A program made the position numbers and the translations under genes. A DNA stretch of 64,000 nucleotides, taken from positions 2,027-66,026 of the forward strand of contig MFEL01000012.1 in NCBI GenBank assembly GCA_001777575.1, read 5' to 3'. Positions within the stretch are counted from its first letter, which is position 1, and every line of letters begins with the position of its first letter. This DNA comes from Candidatus Doudnabacteria bacterium RIFCSPHIGHO2_01_FULL_46_24 (lineage in GTDB: Bacteria; Patescibacteriota; Doudnabacteria; UBA920; O2-02-FULL-48-8). The notes beneath the pieces are model-generated. The model saw nothing but the letters and a program-made list of their open reading frames with translations, searched no databases and was not told the origin of the DNA. This document shows positions 28,981 to 38,870 of the stretch, in pieces.

Positions 28981-28983
28981 GAT

Positions 28984-29460
28984 TTATTTGAACAGCGAAA
29001 TGACAAAATAAGCAGCCATGCTGAGAGTGACTGCAAGCTTGAACAGAGTGCCGATGATTATGCCGACAAAAGCGGCCCAGGCAGTTCGCAGCGCGGTATG
29101 AAGCTCGGCTTTCGGGGCCAGTATTTCGCCCAAAAAAGCGCCTAGAAAAGGGCCAAGAAATGCTCCCAGCGGGCCAAGCAGTATAACACCAAAGATAGCG
29201 CCCAGCAACGCGCCCATGACTCCGTAGCCGGTTGATTTATACCCTTTTGCCGCCAAGGCCGGCCCGAAAATATCAAACAGGATGGTCAATAATGTCAGGG
29301 CGGAAAAAACTGAGATGGCCACGGCCCCGACTTTTTCGAAATGCGTGGCTATGCCCAGGATAATAAGACCGGCCAAAGCCACCGGCGGCCCAGGCAAAAA
29401 CGGCAGGATGGTGCCGGCCAAACCGATTAAAATCAAAATTCCCGAAATTATCGCCCACAT
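28984..29460 (-). CDS. DUF456 membrane protein
   Basis: GTILPFLPG and GPFLGAFLGE motifs. Confidence 0.8.
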   Translation of the reverse strand: MWAIISGILILIGLAGTILPFLPGPPVALAGLIILGIATHFEKVGAVAISVFSALTLLTILFDIFGPALAAKGYKSTGYGVMGALLGAIFGVILLGPLGAFLGPFLGAFLGEILAPKAELHTALRTAWAAFVGIIIGTLFKLAVTLSMAAYFVISLFK

Positions 29461-29832
29461 TTATTTTTTCTCCAAATTTAACGAACAGGAATTAATGCAA
29501 AATCTTTTACCGCCCTTTTGTGTAGGCCCGTCTTCAAATACATGTCCCAAATGCGAGCCGCAGCGCTTGCAGACGACCTCGGTGCGATTCATGTCATGGC
29601 TTGAGTCTTGCCTAAGCTCGACATGCTCAAGGTTTGCCGGCCCTGTAAATGACGGCCAGCCGGTGCCGGAATCGAATTTCGCATCAGAGGAAAATAATTC
29701 CGCTCCGCACGCGGCGCATTTATACATGCCTTTGGAGTGCTCATCGATATATTTACCGGTAAAGGGCGCTTCTGTCCCTCGCTCCCGCATGACATGATAT
29801 TGCTGCGGATCTAAATGTGAAAATTTATCCAT
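29461..29832 (-). CDS. msrB: Peptide-methionine (R)-S-oxide reductase
   Basis: GTEAPFTG, SGTGWPSF, HLGHVF and RFCINS motifs. Confidence 0.97.
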   Translation of the reverse strand: MDKFSHLDPQQYHVMRERGTEAPFTGKYIDEHSKGMYKCAACGAELFSSDAKFDSGTGWPSFTGPANLEHVELRQDSSHDMNRTEVVCKRCGSHLGHVFEDGPTQKGGKRFCINSCSLNLEKK

Positions 29833-29984
29833 GGCGATATTCGGTTAATTTTTTGACTAAGTTTTTCGCGCTCGGTCTTGCCGTGAGTAATACTAAAGCG
29901 CTGCATCAGCTTGCGCAATTTACCCTTGCGCTTCTGCTTATGCTTAATATCACTATGCCTCTTCTTCGCCCTAATTTTGGACAT
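29811..29984 (-). CDS. Small basic hypothetical protein
   Basis: 57-aa K/R-rich ORF filling the msrA-msrB gap, ending KINRISPW.. Confidence 0.55.
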   Translation of the reverse strand: MSKIRAKKRHSDIKHKQKRKGKLRKLMQRFSITHGKTEREKLSQKINRISPWINFHI

Positions 29985-30522
29985 CTTTGTTGAGCAATCC
30001 GGCAAACTTCTGCCTTAATTTGGCAATCTTGGGACTGATAACCAGCTGGCAATACGGTTTGTTTTGATGTTGGTCGAAATACCGCTGATGGTAGCTTTCC
30101 GCCGGCCAAAATTTATCTAGCTTGCCGATTTCCGTCACAATCGGCGTTTGATATATATCGCGTATATATGTGGATATATATTTTTCCGATTCAACTTTCT
30201 GTTCATCAGTCGTGTAAAAAATCGCGGAACGGTATTGTGAGCCGATGTCATTTCCCTGACGGTTGAGCGTGGTCGGGTCATGCGTGGCAAAAAATACGCT
30301 AAGTAGGTCGGCGTATTTAATTTGCGTCGGATCGAATTTTATCTGAATCGCTTCGGCATGGCCTGTATTGCCAGCACTCACCTGCTCGTAAGTCGGGTTG
30401 TTCGTGTGCCCGCCGGCATAGCCAGATTCGACTGATTCCACACCTTTCAATCGTTGAAATATCGCCTCAGTGCACCAAAAGCACCCGCTGCCAAATATTG
30501 CCGTTGCTAGTTCTTTGCCCAT
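29971..30522 (-). CDS. msrA: Peptide-methionine (S)-S-oxide reductase
   Basis: GCFWC, SGYAGG, TGHAE, HDPT and AESYHQ motifs. Confidence 0.97.
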   Translation of the reverse strand: MGKELATAIFGSGCFWCTEAIFQRLKGVESVESGYAGGHTNNPTYEQVSAGNTGHAEAIQIKFDPTQIKYADLLSVFFATHDPTTLNRQGNDIGSQYRSAIFYTTDEQKVESEKYISTYIRDIYQTPIVTEIGKLDKFWPAESYHQRYFDQHQNKPYCQLVISPKIAKLRQKFAGLLNKDVQN

Positions 30523-30574
30523 TATATAATTATAACTCAAAAAGCCAAAAATAAAAAAAGGCGCGAGGTCTCTT

Positions 30575-30751
30575 CTAAGGCTTGCGCCGAATCTCCCGGC
30601 CGTTACCGTCATCCATCTTTCTCATCCGATAGCCAAAGAAAAGCGTCCCCAGGAATATCACGCCTAAAGCAATAACCCAATCGGCGGAAACCACCATCAG
30701 AACTCCTGTTCGCCGGCATTTCTGCCAGAGACGTTCCAGCCGCTTCTGCAT
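30575..30751 (-). CDS. Small membrane protein
   Basis: AAGGAGG RBS before MQKRLERLW; one TM segment. Confidence 0.45.
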   Translation of the reverse strand: MQKRLERLWQKCRRTGVLMVVSADWVIALGVIFLGTLFFGYRMRKMDDGNGREIRRKP

Positions 30752-31132
30752 AAAGTCCTCCTTCCGCATCAGTCTATCAAACACAAACGAAAAAAGAAAC
30801 AAAGCGAGTTGTTTTTTGTGCTCACGCCGTTTTGATGCGACTGGTAAGACAGCCGCTCGCGTTGGAATACCGTAATTTTCTTGAAATCAACCCGACTACG
30901 CTCCGGGATTTGCCGAATCATAAAGCTTGAAGCCGATTAAAATCGAGATCAACACAAACATGATGACCTACAACAAGAGCCCAAACCCAATCGTTTTTTT
31001 GAAGTTCATTTTGTTTCACCCCCTTTCAAAGAAACTGACACGCCTTAAGCATAACAAAAACAGGCTTGCCGCCTATTATGGTTTCATTCACCACCTTCGC
31101 TAACATACTATCATATGATGTATACTTAACTC

Positions 31133-32404
31133 ATGATCGAACTTATACAATGTAAAACCGACATAGGCAGAAAATTAGAAAGCTACAAGGATTTTCTACC
31201 AGTGGATTACAGAAGTTGCTTCAAGCATGGCAGAATTTTAAAAGGGAAAAAAATTATGCATGTTAATGCTACCCATAAGGGCGGCGGGGTCGCTGAATTA
31301 CTCGCCACCCAGATCAGTCTGGAAAGGTCGATGGGTATAGACAGCAGGTGGTTTGTCATGGATGCTCCCGACACATTCTTCCGGGTCACTAAAAAAATCC
31401 ACAACATGACTCAAGGGCTTCCAGGGCGTTTAACCATGAAAGAAGCTCTGACTTATCTTGATACGAACCAGGAACTATCCTTGCCCTTTTTGCAAATACT
31501 GAATACAGTCAAGCCTGATCTTGTGGTTATCCATGATCCGCAACCAATGCCCTTGGTTAAGTATGTTCCTGCTGGAATAAAGACCATTCTCCGCTTGCAT
31601 ATTGATTTTTCCGAACCGAATCCAAGAATCACAAAATTTCTCACGCCGTTCTTATCTAATTACAGCCGAATTATAATCAGCAGTAAAAATTACATACCCG
31701 AACTGCCAAAAAATGTACAAAAACGGACTACGGTTATTATGCCTGGCATCGACCCTCTTTCAGAAAAAAACCGCCCGATGGCCAGAGAAAAAGCCAGGAT
31801 AATTACCAAACAATTAGGAATAGACCCGGACAGGCCGATTGTTTTGCAAGTGTCCAGATTTGACCCATGGAAAGATCCGTTGGGGGTGATAGAGGCCTAC
31901 TCCATGGCAAAACTAGAAATACAAAACCTTCAGCTGGTTTTGGCAGGAATAATTCAGGCTAAAGATGACCCGGGAGCGCGATTGATTCTGGAGAAAGTCA
32001 AAAAACGGGCGGGAACAGATCCTGATATTTTTCTCTTTTGGGATCAAAGCCAGATCAATAGCAATTCCGTTGATTGTTTTGTAAGCGCCATACTCACGGC
32101 CAGCACGGTTGTTATTCAAAAAAGCATCAAAGAGGGCTTTGGACTGACAATCACGGAGGCAATGTGGAAGGGGAAACCGGTTATTGGCGGAAATGCCAGC
32201 GGGGTTCGTTTGCAAATAATAAACAACCGGAACGGGATGATCGTGTCGAACACCTTAATGGCTGCGAAAGCAATAATAAAGTTAGTCAGAAATCCAAAAC
32301 TTAGGAACAAACTGGGAAAGGCGGCCAGACTGTCAGTTCAAAAGAGATTTTTGCAACCGAAGTACTTGCTTGAAAATTTAAAGGTATATAAGCAAGTCTT
32401 ATAA
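31133..32404 (+). CDS. GT4 glycosyltransferase, trehalose synthase TreT-like
   Basis: HVNAT..GGGVAELL, IHDPQP, QVSRFDPWKDP and EGFGLTITEAMWKG motifs. Confidence 0.88.
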   Translation: MIELIQCKTDIGRKLESYKDFLPVDYRSCFKHGRILKGKKIMHVNATHKGGGVAELLATQISLERSMGIDSRWFVMDAPDTFFRVTKKIHNMTQGLPGRLTMKEALTYLDTNQELSLPFLQILNTVKPDLVVIHDPQPMPLVKYVPAGIKTILRLHIDFSEPNPRITKFLTPFLSNYSRIIISSKNYIPELPKNVQKRTTVIMPGIDPLSEKNRPMAREKARIITKQLGIDPDRPIVLQVSRFDPWKDPLGVIEAYSMAKLEIQNLQLVLAGIIQAKDDPGARLILEKVKKRAGTDPDIFLFWDQSQINSNSVDCFVSAILTASTVVIQKSIKEGFGLTITEAMWKGKPVIGGNASGVRLQIINNRNGMIVSNTLMAAKAIIKLVRNPKLRNKLGKAARLSVQKRFLQPKYLLENLKVYKQVL

Positions 32405-32559
32405 AAAAAACCGCCATGAGGCGGCTTTCGAATTCGTGTTTTTCTGGAGTCGCGCGGTCTTAGACGTTCGAACCATAATCCAGCAAGCCCCAGGATTTAT
32501 TTACATTCCTGATCTTAGCAGGTTTGGAGATAAATAAACACAAGTTTTATTCATCCGCT

Positions 32560-33624
32560 TTAACCTAAGACATAACCAGCAGCTCGTGCCTTGCCGATTT
32601 GTTTTATCATCCCGAGCTTCTTAAGCTTTTGTAGATGGAATTGGGCGGTTCTTTGAGGGCAACGTAAAATATCCACTACATCTTTAGTTGTGATTTTACC
32701 CACTTTATCTACGAAGTCCAAAAGCTGCATCTGGTCTTTATCAAGATAAATTTTCGATTGGATTTTCTCATCTACTTTTTTCATCTGTAGAGCTGCTATT
32801 TTTTCTTTGACGTTATCGGTTTCTTCCTTAAATCCTTTGACAAAGTATTCCAGCCACGGAGTAAAATCGACTCTTCGCTCCTTATAATTTTTACCAATAT
32901 TGATTGCGGCATAATACTTGGGGCGAGCCTTATTGTAATAATCTTCCAGAGCAAACAATCGTCTGAAATCATAGCCTCTTTCATAAAGAACCAAGGTAGC
33001 TAATGCTCTGGCCGTTCGGCCGTTTCCATCGTTGAAGGGGTGGATGGCGGCAATTTCTTGGTGGACAATGCCTGCGACAAGAATTGGGTGAATATCTTTT
33101 TTAACACTATCCTGTATCCAAGCAACCAAATCTTTGACCAGCTCAGCCACCTTGTCAGCAGCTGGGCCAGTATAAAGTGTTTCGTCTGGCCAGCCAAATT
33201 TTTTTCTCACTACATAAATCGGGCCTTGGCGGTAACGTCCTGATTGTTCTTTCGGCAAAGTATTTTCTGTGACTAAGCCGTGAATTTTCAATATAACTTT
33301 TTCGGTAATTGGTTGTTTCTTTTCAACTACTTTCTGAATATATTTCAATGCGGCCAGATAATTTACAACCTCATAAACATCTCTGGCTGGGGCATCAATT
33401 TTTAGAGCATTGCTATGTTTCGCCAATTCTTCAACTTGGTGGATATTCAGGATGTTTCCCTCAATAGCTGTAGAGCTATGCGTCATACGCACCAAAGCCT
33501 GCCTACGCAAGCGTAACTCGTGCTTAGGGAGGAGTTTAGCACGATCAATGGCCGCCTTTGCCCCTGCAATGCTGGTCAGCATACTGACGATTTTATTGGT
33601 TATTTTGAATTGTGGATCAAACAT
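32560..33624 (-). CDS. Fic family protein with C-terminal HTH
   Basis: HPFNDGNGRTAR and STAIEGN motifs. Confidence 0.93.
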   Translation of the reverse strand: MFDPQFKITNKIVSMLTSIAGAKAAIDRAKLLPKHELRLRRQALVRMTHSSTAIEGNILNIHQVEELAKHSNALKIDAPARDVYEVVNYLAALKYIQKVVEKKQPITEKVILKIHGLVTENTLPKEQSGRYRQGPIYVVRKKFGWPDETLYTGPAADKVAELVKDLVAWIQDSVKKDIHPILVAGIVHQEIAAIHPFNDGNGRTARALATLVLYERGYDFRRLFALEDYYNKARPKYYAAINIGKNYKERRVDFTPWLEYFVKGFKEETDNVKEKIAALQMKKVDEKIQSKIYLDKDQMQLLDFVDKVGKITTKDVVDILRCPQRTAQFHLQKLKKLGMIKQIGKARAAGYVLG

Positions 33625-33771
33625 AGGCTTATTTCCTTCTATAATCATTATACTCCTTATCCAAGAATTGCGCAAGTATCGCGCAATATATCGCGCAAAT
33701 AACAAAACCCGCCTCCTTGTCCGCCGAAACTTTAGCGTAGGCGGATTCGGCGAGTTTCATCTTCGGATTTT

Positions 33772-33846
33772 TGGGGTGCCCGATGGGAATCGGACCCACG
33801 TGACCAGCGCCACAGGCTGGCGTTCTACCATTGAACTACGGGCACC
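33772..33846 (-). tRNA. tRNA-His(GTG)
   Basis: Cloverleaf with G-1, C73 and encoded CCA; anticodon GTG. Confidence 0.92.
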
Positions 33847-33851
33847 ATGAT

Positions 33852-34160
33852 TTATAACAATGCGATCACGACTAGAGCAAGGACAGTAATAACGACCAAA
33901 CACCCCAAGATGTATCCAAGCAACCAGATCGCTTCTTTCTTGGCGCCTTCCATGTACATTATCACCGGTTTCACGAAAATCAATGTACCCATGACTGCGG
34001 CCGAGAGAACAAACAACATCAGGAATGCCACTGGCGCCCACATATTTTCTTTTGGGCCGAACAATTTTTCGGCATTGTTCATTACAGACACTATGATGAT
34101 TATGTACGCTAGCACGAGCACTGAATGAGCAATCGCCGTTTTTAACAATTTACTGTTCAT
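33852..34160 (-). CDS. Hypothetical membrane protein (3 TM)
   Basis: LFVLSAAVMGTLIFVKP...G.KKEA pattern. Confidence 0.75.
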   Translation of the reverse strand: MNSKLLKTAIAHSVLVLAYIIIIVSVMNNAEKLFGPKENMWAPVAFLMLFVLSAAVMGTLIFVKPVIMYMEGAKKEAIWLLGYILGCLVVITVLALVVIALL

Positions 34161-34290
34161 AATTTTTCTGGGAACGTCTGACGTTCCTGGCCCATGAACC
34201 ATTCACTATCGTTCAGGTTCAGAGCATGTGCCAGTCGCCCAAGTTATTGCTTATGGTCGTGCCGTGTACCGGAGCGAAGCGACTGGTACG

Positions 34291-34365
34291 TGGTGCCCCC
34301 GGAGGGAATCGAACCCCCATCAACGGCTTAGAAGTCCGCGGCTTTATCCATTAAGCTACGGGGGC
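34291..34365 (-). tRNA. tRNA-Arg(TCT)
   Basis: GCCCCCG acceptor stem, TTCGATT T-loop, CCA; anticodon loop CTTCTAA. Confidence 0.88.
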
Positions 34366-34548
34366 GTTTAATGAAAAATCCGCACACAGTGCGGCTATGA
34401 TTTTGGCGCAAATGCTGTGTCAGATGCGCGCTCACTCTATAATTATACTCCGATTTAGGCAAAAAGTCAACATATGCTAAGATAAAATAAGGGAAGTTCG
34501 GGTTTCTGAAACAAACCGAGCAAACACAATGACAACGGAGGACTTGCC

Positions 34549-35289
34549 ATGTTAGAGGCTTTGACGATACTCATCACCGCAGCCATCGTGGTTCAGTTAG
34601 CCGTATTCGCAACTACGATCTACCTGCACCGCACTGCCACGCACGGCGCACTGACCCTGCATCCTGCTGCGGCCTGGGTGTTCCGATTCATTCTCTGGAT
34701 CACCACCGGCATCACGACCCGGGAGTGGGTTGCCGTGCACCGCAAGCACCATGCCTTCACGGACGAGGAGGGAGATCCCCACAGCCCTAAACTCGAAGGA
34801 TTTTGGAGCGTCCAGCTGGGCAACGTTTTCCATTACCTGAAAGCGCTCCGCAACGACCCCGGAATCGTCACCCAATACGCGCGTGATCTCAAGCCTGACT
34901 TGTTTGATCGCTGGCTCTTCGACCACGGGCCCCTGGGTCTGCTTCTTGGAATAACTGCGCTGTGCGCGGTCCTCGGATTGTGGCCAGGCCTGGCCGTGGC
35001 CGGCATCCACGCGTTCCTGTACGTGTTCGTGCTGTCGTCGTCGATCAACGGCCTCTGCCATTCGATCGGCTACAAAAACTTCGACAACTCAGCCACGAAC
35101 ATCCGACTTGTCGCCTATCTCACCGGCGGCGAAGGGCTGCACAACAACCACCATGGCTACCAACGCAGCCCCAAACTCAGCTTCAAGAGAAGCGAGTTTG
35201 ATCCGGCATGGCCAATCATCAAACTGCTGACAGCCCTCGGGCTGGCACAACACCGCAAGACCATCAACGACGTGCGATCGACCCCGTAG
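34549..35289 (+). CDS. Fatty acid (delta-9 acyl-lipid/CoA) desaturase
   Basis: His boxes HRTATH, HRKHH and HNNHH; DPHSP. Confidence 0.92.
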   Translation: MLEALTILITAAIVVQLAVFATTIYLHRTATHGALTLHPAAAWVFRFILWITTGITTREWVAVHRKHHAFTDEEGDPHSPKLEGFWSVQLGNVFHYLKALRNDPGIVTQYARDLKPDLFDRWLFDHGPLGLLLGITALCAVLGLWPGLAVAGIHAFLYVFVLSSSINGLCHSIGYKNFDNSATNIRLVAYLTGGEGLHNNHHGYQRSPKLSFKRSEFDPAWPIIKLLTALGLAQHRKTINDVRSTP

Positions 35290-35389
35290 TAACGCGAACC
35301 ATTTACTACCTGGGGTCTTTTTTTACATTGGCAATGGCGCCTGCAGAGACAAAAAGTCAGCGATCTGTTATGATGACAAGGCTTTGCTT

Positions 35390-36598
35390 ATGGCAATTCC
35401 AACCGATACGTCAAACACGTTTCAAAATTTGGGCCTGGCGCCCAAGCTTTTGGAAATTCTGGCAAACCATAAATTCATCCATCCAACGCCGATCCAACAC
35501 CAATCCATTCCGATTGCCGTCCAGGGCAAGGACGTCATGGGAATCGCGCAGACCGGCACCGGCAAAACCCTCGCCTTCGGCTTGCCCATGATCCAAAGGC
35601 TGGCGCAGAGCAAGGGGGCACAAAAAGGGTTGGTAGTCCTGCCGACCCGCGAACTGGCCTTGCAGGTGGACGCGACCCTGAAAAAAATCGGCCACAGCAT
35701 CGGCTTGAAAACCGCTATCCTAATCGGCGGCGAAAATATGGGCAAACAGCTGAAGATGATGCGAGCAAACCCCCATATCATTATCGCCACTCCGGGGCGG
35801 CTGATTGACCATTTGGAAAGCAAAACGGTTGATTTAAGCCTGGTCGGCATACTCGTGTTGGACGAAGCGGACCGGATGCTGGACATGGGATTCGCCCCAC
35901 AGATCAACAAAATTCTCCAGAAAATTCCGAAAAACAGGCAAACCATGCTCTTTTCCGCGACTATGCCGGACGAAATCGTGAAAATTGCCCAATCATACAT
36001 GTCTCTGCCTTTGCGCGTGGAAGTGGCCCCGTCAGGCTCAACCATCCACAGCGTGACGCAGGAAGTCCTGTTCGTGGATCGAAGCGACAAAATCCAGACG
36101 CTCCGCGCCACGCTCTATGACTACAAAGGAAGCGTTCTGGTTTTTTGCCGCACCAAGCATGGCGCGAGAAAAATCTCTTCCGCCGTGCGCAATATGGGCC
36201 ATACGGCCGCGGAAATCCATTCCAACCGCTCGCTTCGGCAAAGAATTGAGGCATTGGAAGGATTTAAGCTCGGCAGGTACCGCGTGCTGGTGGCCACAGA
36301 CATTGCCGCAAGGGGAATAGATGTGACCGGCATTGAACTGGTCATCAATTACGACCTGCCTGCTACTGCTGAAGACTATGTCCATCGCATCGGAAGGACG
36401 GGGCGGGCCGGCATGTCCGGACATGCCATTTCCTACGCTCACCCTGACCAGACAGGCGATGTCCGCCGAATTGAACGTTTGATCAGAAAACCCTTGCAGG
36501 TCTCGCATTCAAAACCCCCGCCTGCCGCTCACGCCGCTCCCAGGAAAAACAAAAAACCGCATTACCCCAGCCGCGGTTACTTCATGAAACGCAGATAA
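35390..36598 (+). CDS. DEAD-box RNA helicase (RhlE-like)
   Basis: AQTGTGKT, PTRELA, DEAD, SAT and HRIGRTGR motifs. Confidence 0.96.
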   Translation: MAIPTDTSNTFQNLGLAPKLLEILANHKFIHPTPIQHQSIPIAVQGKDVMGIAQTGTGKTLAFGLPMIQRLAQSKGAQKGLVVLPTRELALQVDATLKKIGHSIGLKTAILIGGENMGKQLKMMRANPHIIIATPGRLIDHLESKTVDLSLVGILVLDEADRMLDMGFAPQINKILQKIPKNRQTMLFSATMPDEIVKIAQSYMSLPLRVEVAPSGSTIHSVTQEVLFVDRSDKIQTLRATLYDYKGSVLVFCRTKHGARKISSAVRNMGHTAAEIHSNRSLRQRIEALEGFKLGRYRVLVATDIAARGIDVTGIELVINYDLPATAEDYVHRIGRTGRAGMSGHAISYAHPDQTGDVRRIERLIRKPLQVSHSKPPPAAHAAPRKNKKPHYPSRGYFMKRR

Positions 36599-36647
36599 AA
36601 AGATAAAAAAGACAAAATAAATGCCCCGTTGGGGCTTTTTTTACTGC

Positions 36648-37046
36648 TTATTTTTGCTGGTTCTTGATAGTTTCGATTTCCTTGATGAGGCTCTGCAAAC
36701 GGTTTTCGATGGTGGTAAGGGTCTGGGTCGTAACCACTTCCAGCTTATCGTCTTCTTGGATGTCTTCTTGGATTTCGTCAATATTTTCTTCGACTTCCTG
36801 CAAGCTCTGGGTATTGCGGTTGACGGTCATTTGGATGAAAATCGAGAGATAAATGGCTTCCAAAGATACCAAGGTCGTCAAAATCAGCAGCATCTTCTCA
36901 AAATCGTAGCCAATTAGGTACAAACCGAACATGGCGGCGAAAAACAAAGTATGCAACAACAACGACCAGGAAGAACCCAGCCAGTCCGTAACCTTGATGG
37001 GCAGGTCTTTGATATGCTTAAATTCCAGACGATCCTTGAAATTCAT
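36648..37046 (-). CDS. DUF1003-like membrane protein
   Basis: TDWLGS and LTTLVSLEAIYLSIFIQM motifs followed by a coiled coil. Confidence 0.7.
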   Translation of the reverse strand: MNFKDRLEFKHIKDLPIKVTDWLGSSWSLLLHTLFFAAMFGLYLIGYDFEKMLLILTTLVSLEAIYLSIFIQMTVNRNTQSLQEVEENIDEIQEDIQEDDKLEVVTTQTLTTIENRLQSLIKEIETIKNQQK

Positions 37047-37220
37047 GCCGAATACAATTATATCAACTATCTGGCAAACGTACAATGGATTTTTGTAACG
37101 TATCAGTCTAAACTGACGTTAACATTGGAAGAAAGGAGCAAATATGGCATGGTATGGCGATTCCAAAGGACACGCGGAGGCCGGCCGCAAAGGCGGCACC
37201 GCTTCCCGGCGCGAATAAGG

Positions 37221-38249
37221 TTATTGCGTCGCCTGATGGATAAATAAATTCAGGAGCAATTTGGGGTTTTGCTCAGAGGTTTTGAGCTTGCGGTCAATGG
37301 ACAATAAGCTTCTGAGTAGCGTTTTGGCTTTGATCGGGTCGAAATTCTTTACCAATTTCAAGTTGACGAAAACCCGCCCGGAAGACCACCCCAAAATTTC
37401 GGCGATTTCGGCCTGATTTTTCTTCTGAGCCAAAAGCCCATAAACCTGCAGCAAACTTTTGAGCTGTTCCGTCAGCAACCCAACGATTTTGATGATTTCG
37501 AATTTTTCGTCAGAACTGCTTGCCGCCAGCAGCGACTCCAGGCTCTGCGCGGCTTGTTTTTCCTGTTTGGCGAAAATGCTGTCGGAGAGGGCAAACACAT
37601 TCTCCGGTAAATGCGGTTCGACAAGTTTCTCCACATCTGACTGTTCTATTTTAGCTTTATAACTTGCCAATTTACTCAACTCATTGTCCGCCTGCCAAAG
37701 ATTGAAAGGCGGGGCTTTTTTTTCGCTAGCTTCGTCGCGGCCCAAAAACACCGCCAATCTGTCTGCCGCGGCCGGAGTCAATGTAACGCTTTTGGCCTCT
37801 GCTTCGGATATCAGCCATTGGTTGAGCGCCTTCCCGACGGGGAGTTTGAATTGGGTGACTTGAACTGGCAGGCTCAGAATTTTTTTTACAACTTTCAGCC
37901 GCTGATCCAGCTTAACGGACTGCCAAAACACCAAAAAGTAGTCTTTGGGAGTATTGCTGATCACCTGCCTCAGTTTCTCTGCCAGAGATTCCTGTGTGGC
38001 TTTGTTAGGCAAAACGTTTTTGGCAATGAGCAATTTTTTGGTCGCAAACAAAGACGGACTTAATTCCTGTTCAAGTTTCTTTCCCAACTCGTCCTCGCCA
38101 AGCTTCTCGCCGTCAATGATTGAGACGGCGGAAGTCGAGTATTTTTTTTCAAATTCCGAAATCCAGCGCCTGACTTTGCGCTGGATGCTGAAATCGTCTT
38201 CGCCGTGAAAAATAAAAACGTTAGAAGAGCGGCTGGAGGTGCTTGTCAT
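37221..38249 (-). CDS. holA: DNA polymerase III delta subunit (start uncertain)
   Basis: FHGEDDF, SLFA.KKL, NELSKL, NVFALSD and IDRKLKT motifs. Confidence 0.85.
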   Translation of the reverse strand: MTSTSSRSSNVFIFHGEDDFSIQRKVRRWISEFEKKYSTSAVSIIDGEKLGEDELGKKLEQELSPSLFATKKLLIAKNVLPNKATQESLAEKLRQVISNTPKDYFLVFWQSVKLDQRLKVVKKILSLPVQVTQFKLPVGKALNQWLISEAEAKSVTLTPAAADRLAVFLGRDEASEKKAPPFNLWQADNELSKLASYKAKIEQSDVEKLVEPHLPENVFALSDSIFAKQEKQAAQSLESLLAASSSDEKFEIIKIVGLLTEQLKSLLQVYGLLAQKKNQAEIAEILGWSSGRVFVNLKLVKNFDPIKAKTLLRSLLSIDRKLKTSEQNPKLLLNLFIHQATQ

Positions 38250-38436
38250 TTTCTTTTTTTGTCAATTTCTGATTGATGATCTTATTCAGGTCCGATTGGC
38301 GGATTTTCCATTGGGCCCCGATCTTAAAAGCCGGGATTTTACCCGCCTTGCACCAGCGCCAAATAGTCTGGTTGGTCACATTGAAGAACCTGGCCAGCTG
38401 TTCTACCCCCATGATTTTGTCATCTCGGCCTATCAT
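38221..38436 (-). CDS. Excisionase-like HTH (HTH_17) protein
   Basis: TIWRWCKAGKIPAFKIGAQWKI. Confidence 0.85.
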   Translation of the reverse strand: MIGRDDKIMGVEQLARFFNVTNQTIWRWCKAGKIPAFKIGAQWKIRQSDLNKIINQKLTKKENDKHLQPLF

Positions 38437-38511
38437 AAGCCCAGTTTAACACTCCCAAGCCTTGAATTCAAGCTCAAAAAATGCTATAAATACGGGGCAA
38501 AAAACATTTAT

Positions 38512-38586
38512 GTCTCCGTGGTGAAACGGATATCACACCAGTCTTCGGAACTGGTATTGGGGGTTCGAATCCCTCCGGGGACACCA
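38512..38586 (+). tRNA. tRNA-Arg(TCG)
   Basis: CCAGT/ACTGG anticodon stem, loop CTTCGGA, TTCGAAT T-loop, CCA. Confidence 0.92.
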
Positions 38587-38687
38587 AATATTTTTATCGC
38601 TTTAGGCGGTTTTTTTGTTGTAAAAAAAGCACGGAAGCTGGTGCTTGGATTAAGCAACCGACTCCGGCTTGAGTGAACGCGGTTAGG

Positions 38688-38861
38688 TCAGTCGCGCGGG
38701 CTGGTCGGCAACTGCTTCGTCGCCATTGCAATCCCGCTGACGAGGACCCCGACGATGCCAACGACTCCGGCGGCGATCAGGATTCCATGTGCGCCAAAGC
38801 GGCCGTAGAATCCAAACAGCACGATTGCTCCGATCACCGTCACGATTCCTGCCTTTAGCAT
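38688..38861 (-). CDS. Small 57-aa two-TM protein (absent from the ORF track)
   Basis: GAGGAGG RBS right after the phosphoesterase stop; MLKAGIVTVIGAIVLFG... Confidence 0.6.
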   Translation of the reverse strand: MLKAGIVTVIGAIVLFGFYGRFGAHGILIAAGVVGIVGVLVSGIAMATKQLPTSPRD

Positions 38862-38870
38862 AAGTCCTCC

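Noticed and set aside
30900-31010. Small membrane ORF MNFKKTIGFGLLL
   Set aside because: In-frame TAG after 13 codons; at best a decayed fragment
34291-34365. Amber suppressor tRNA (CTA within the loop region)
   Set aside because: The stem register centres TCT in the 7-nt loop; the CTA register does not pair
38221-38586. Prophage or integrative element at tRNA-Arg with an excisionase
   Set aside because: No integrase or att duplication seen; the HTH gene is coupled to holA
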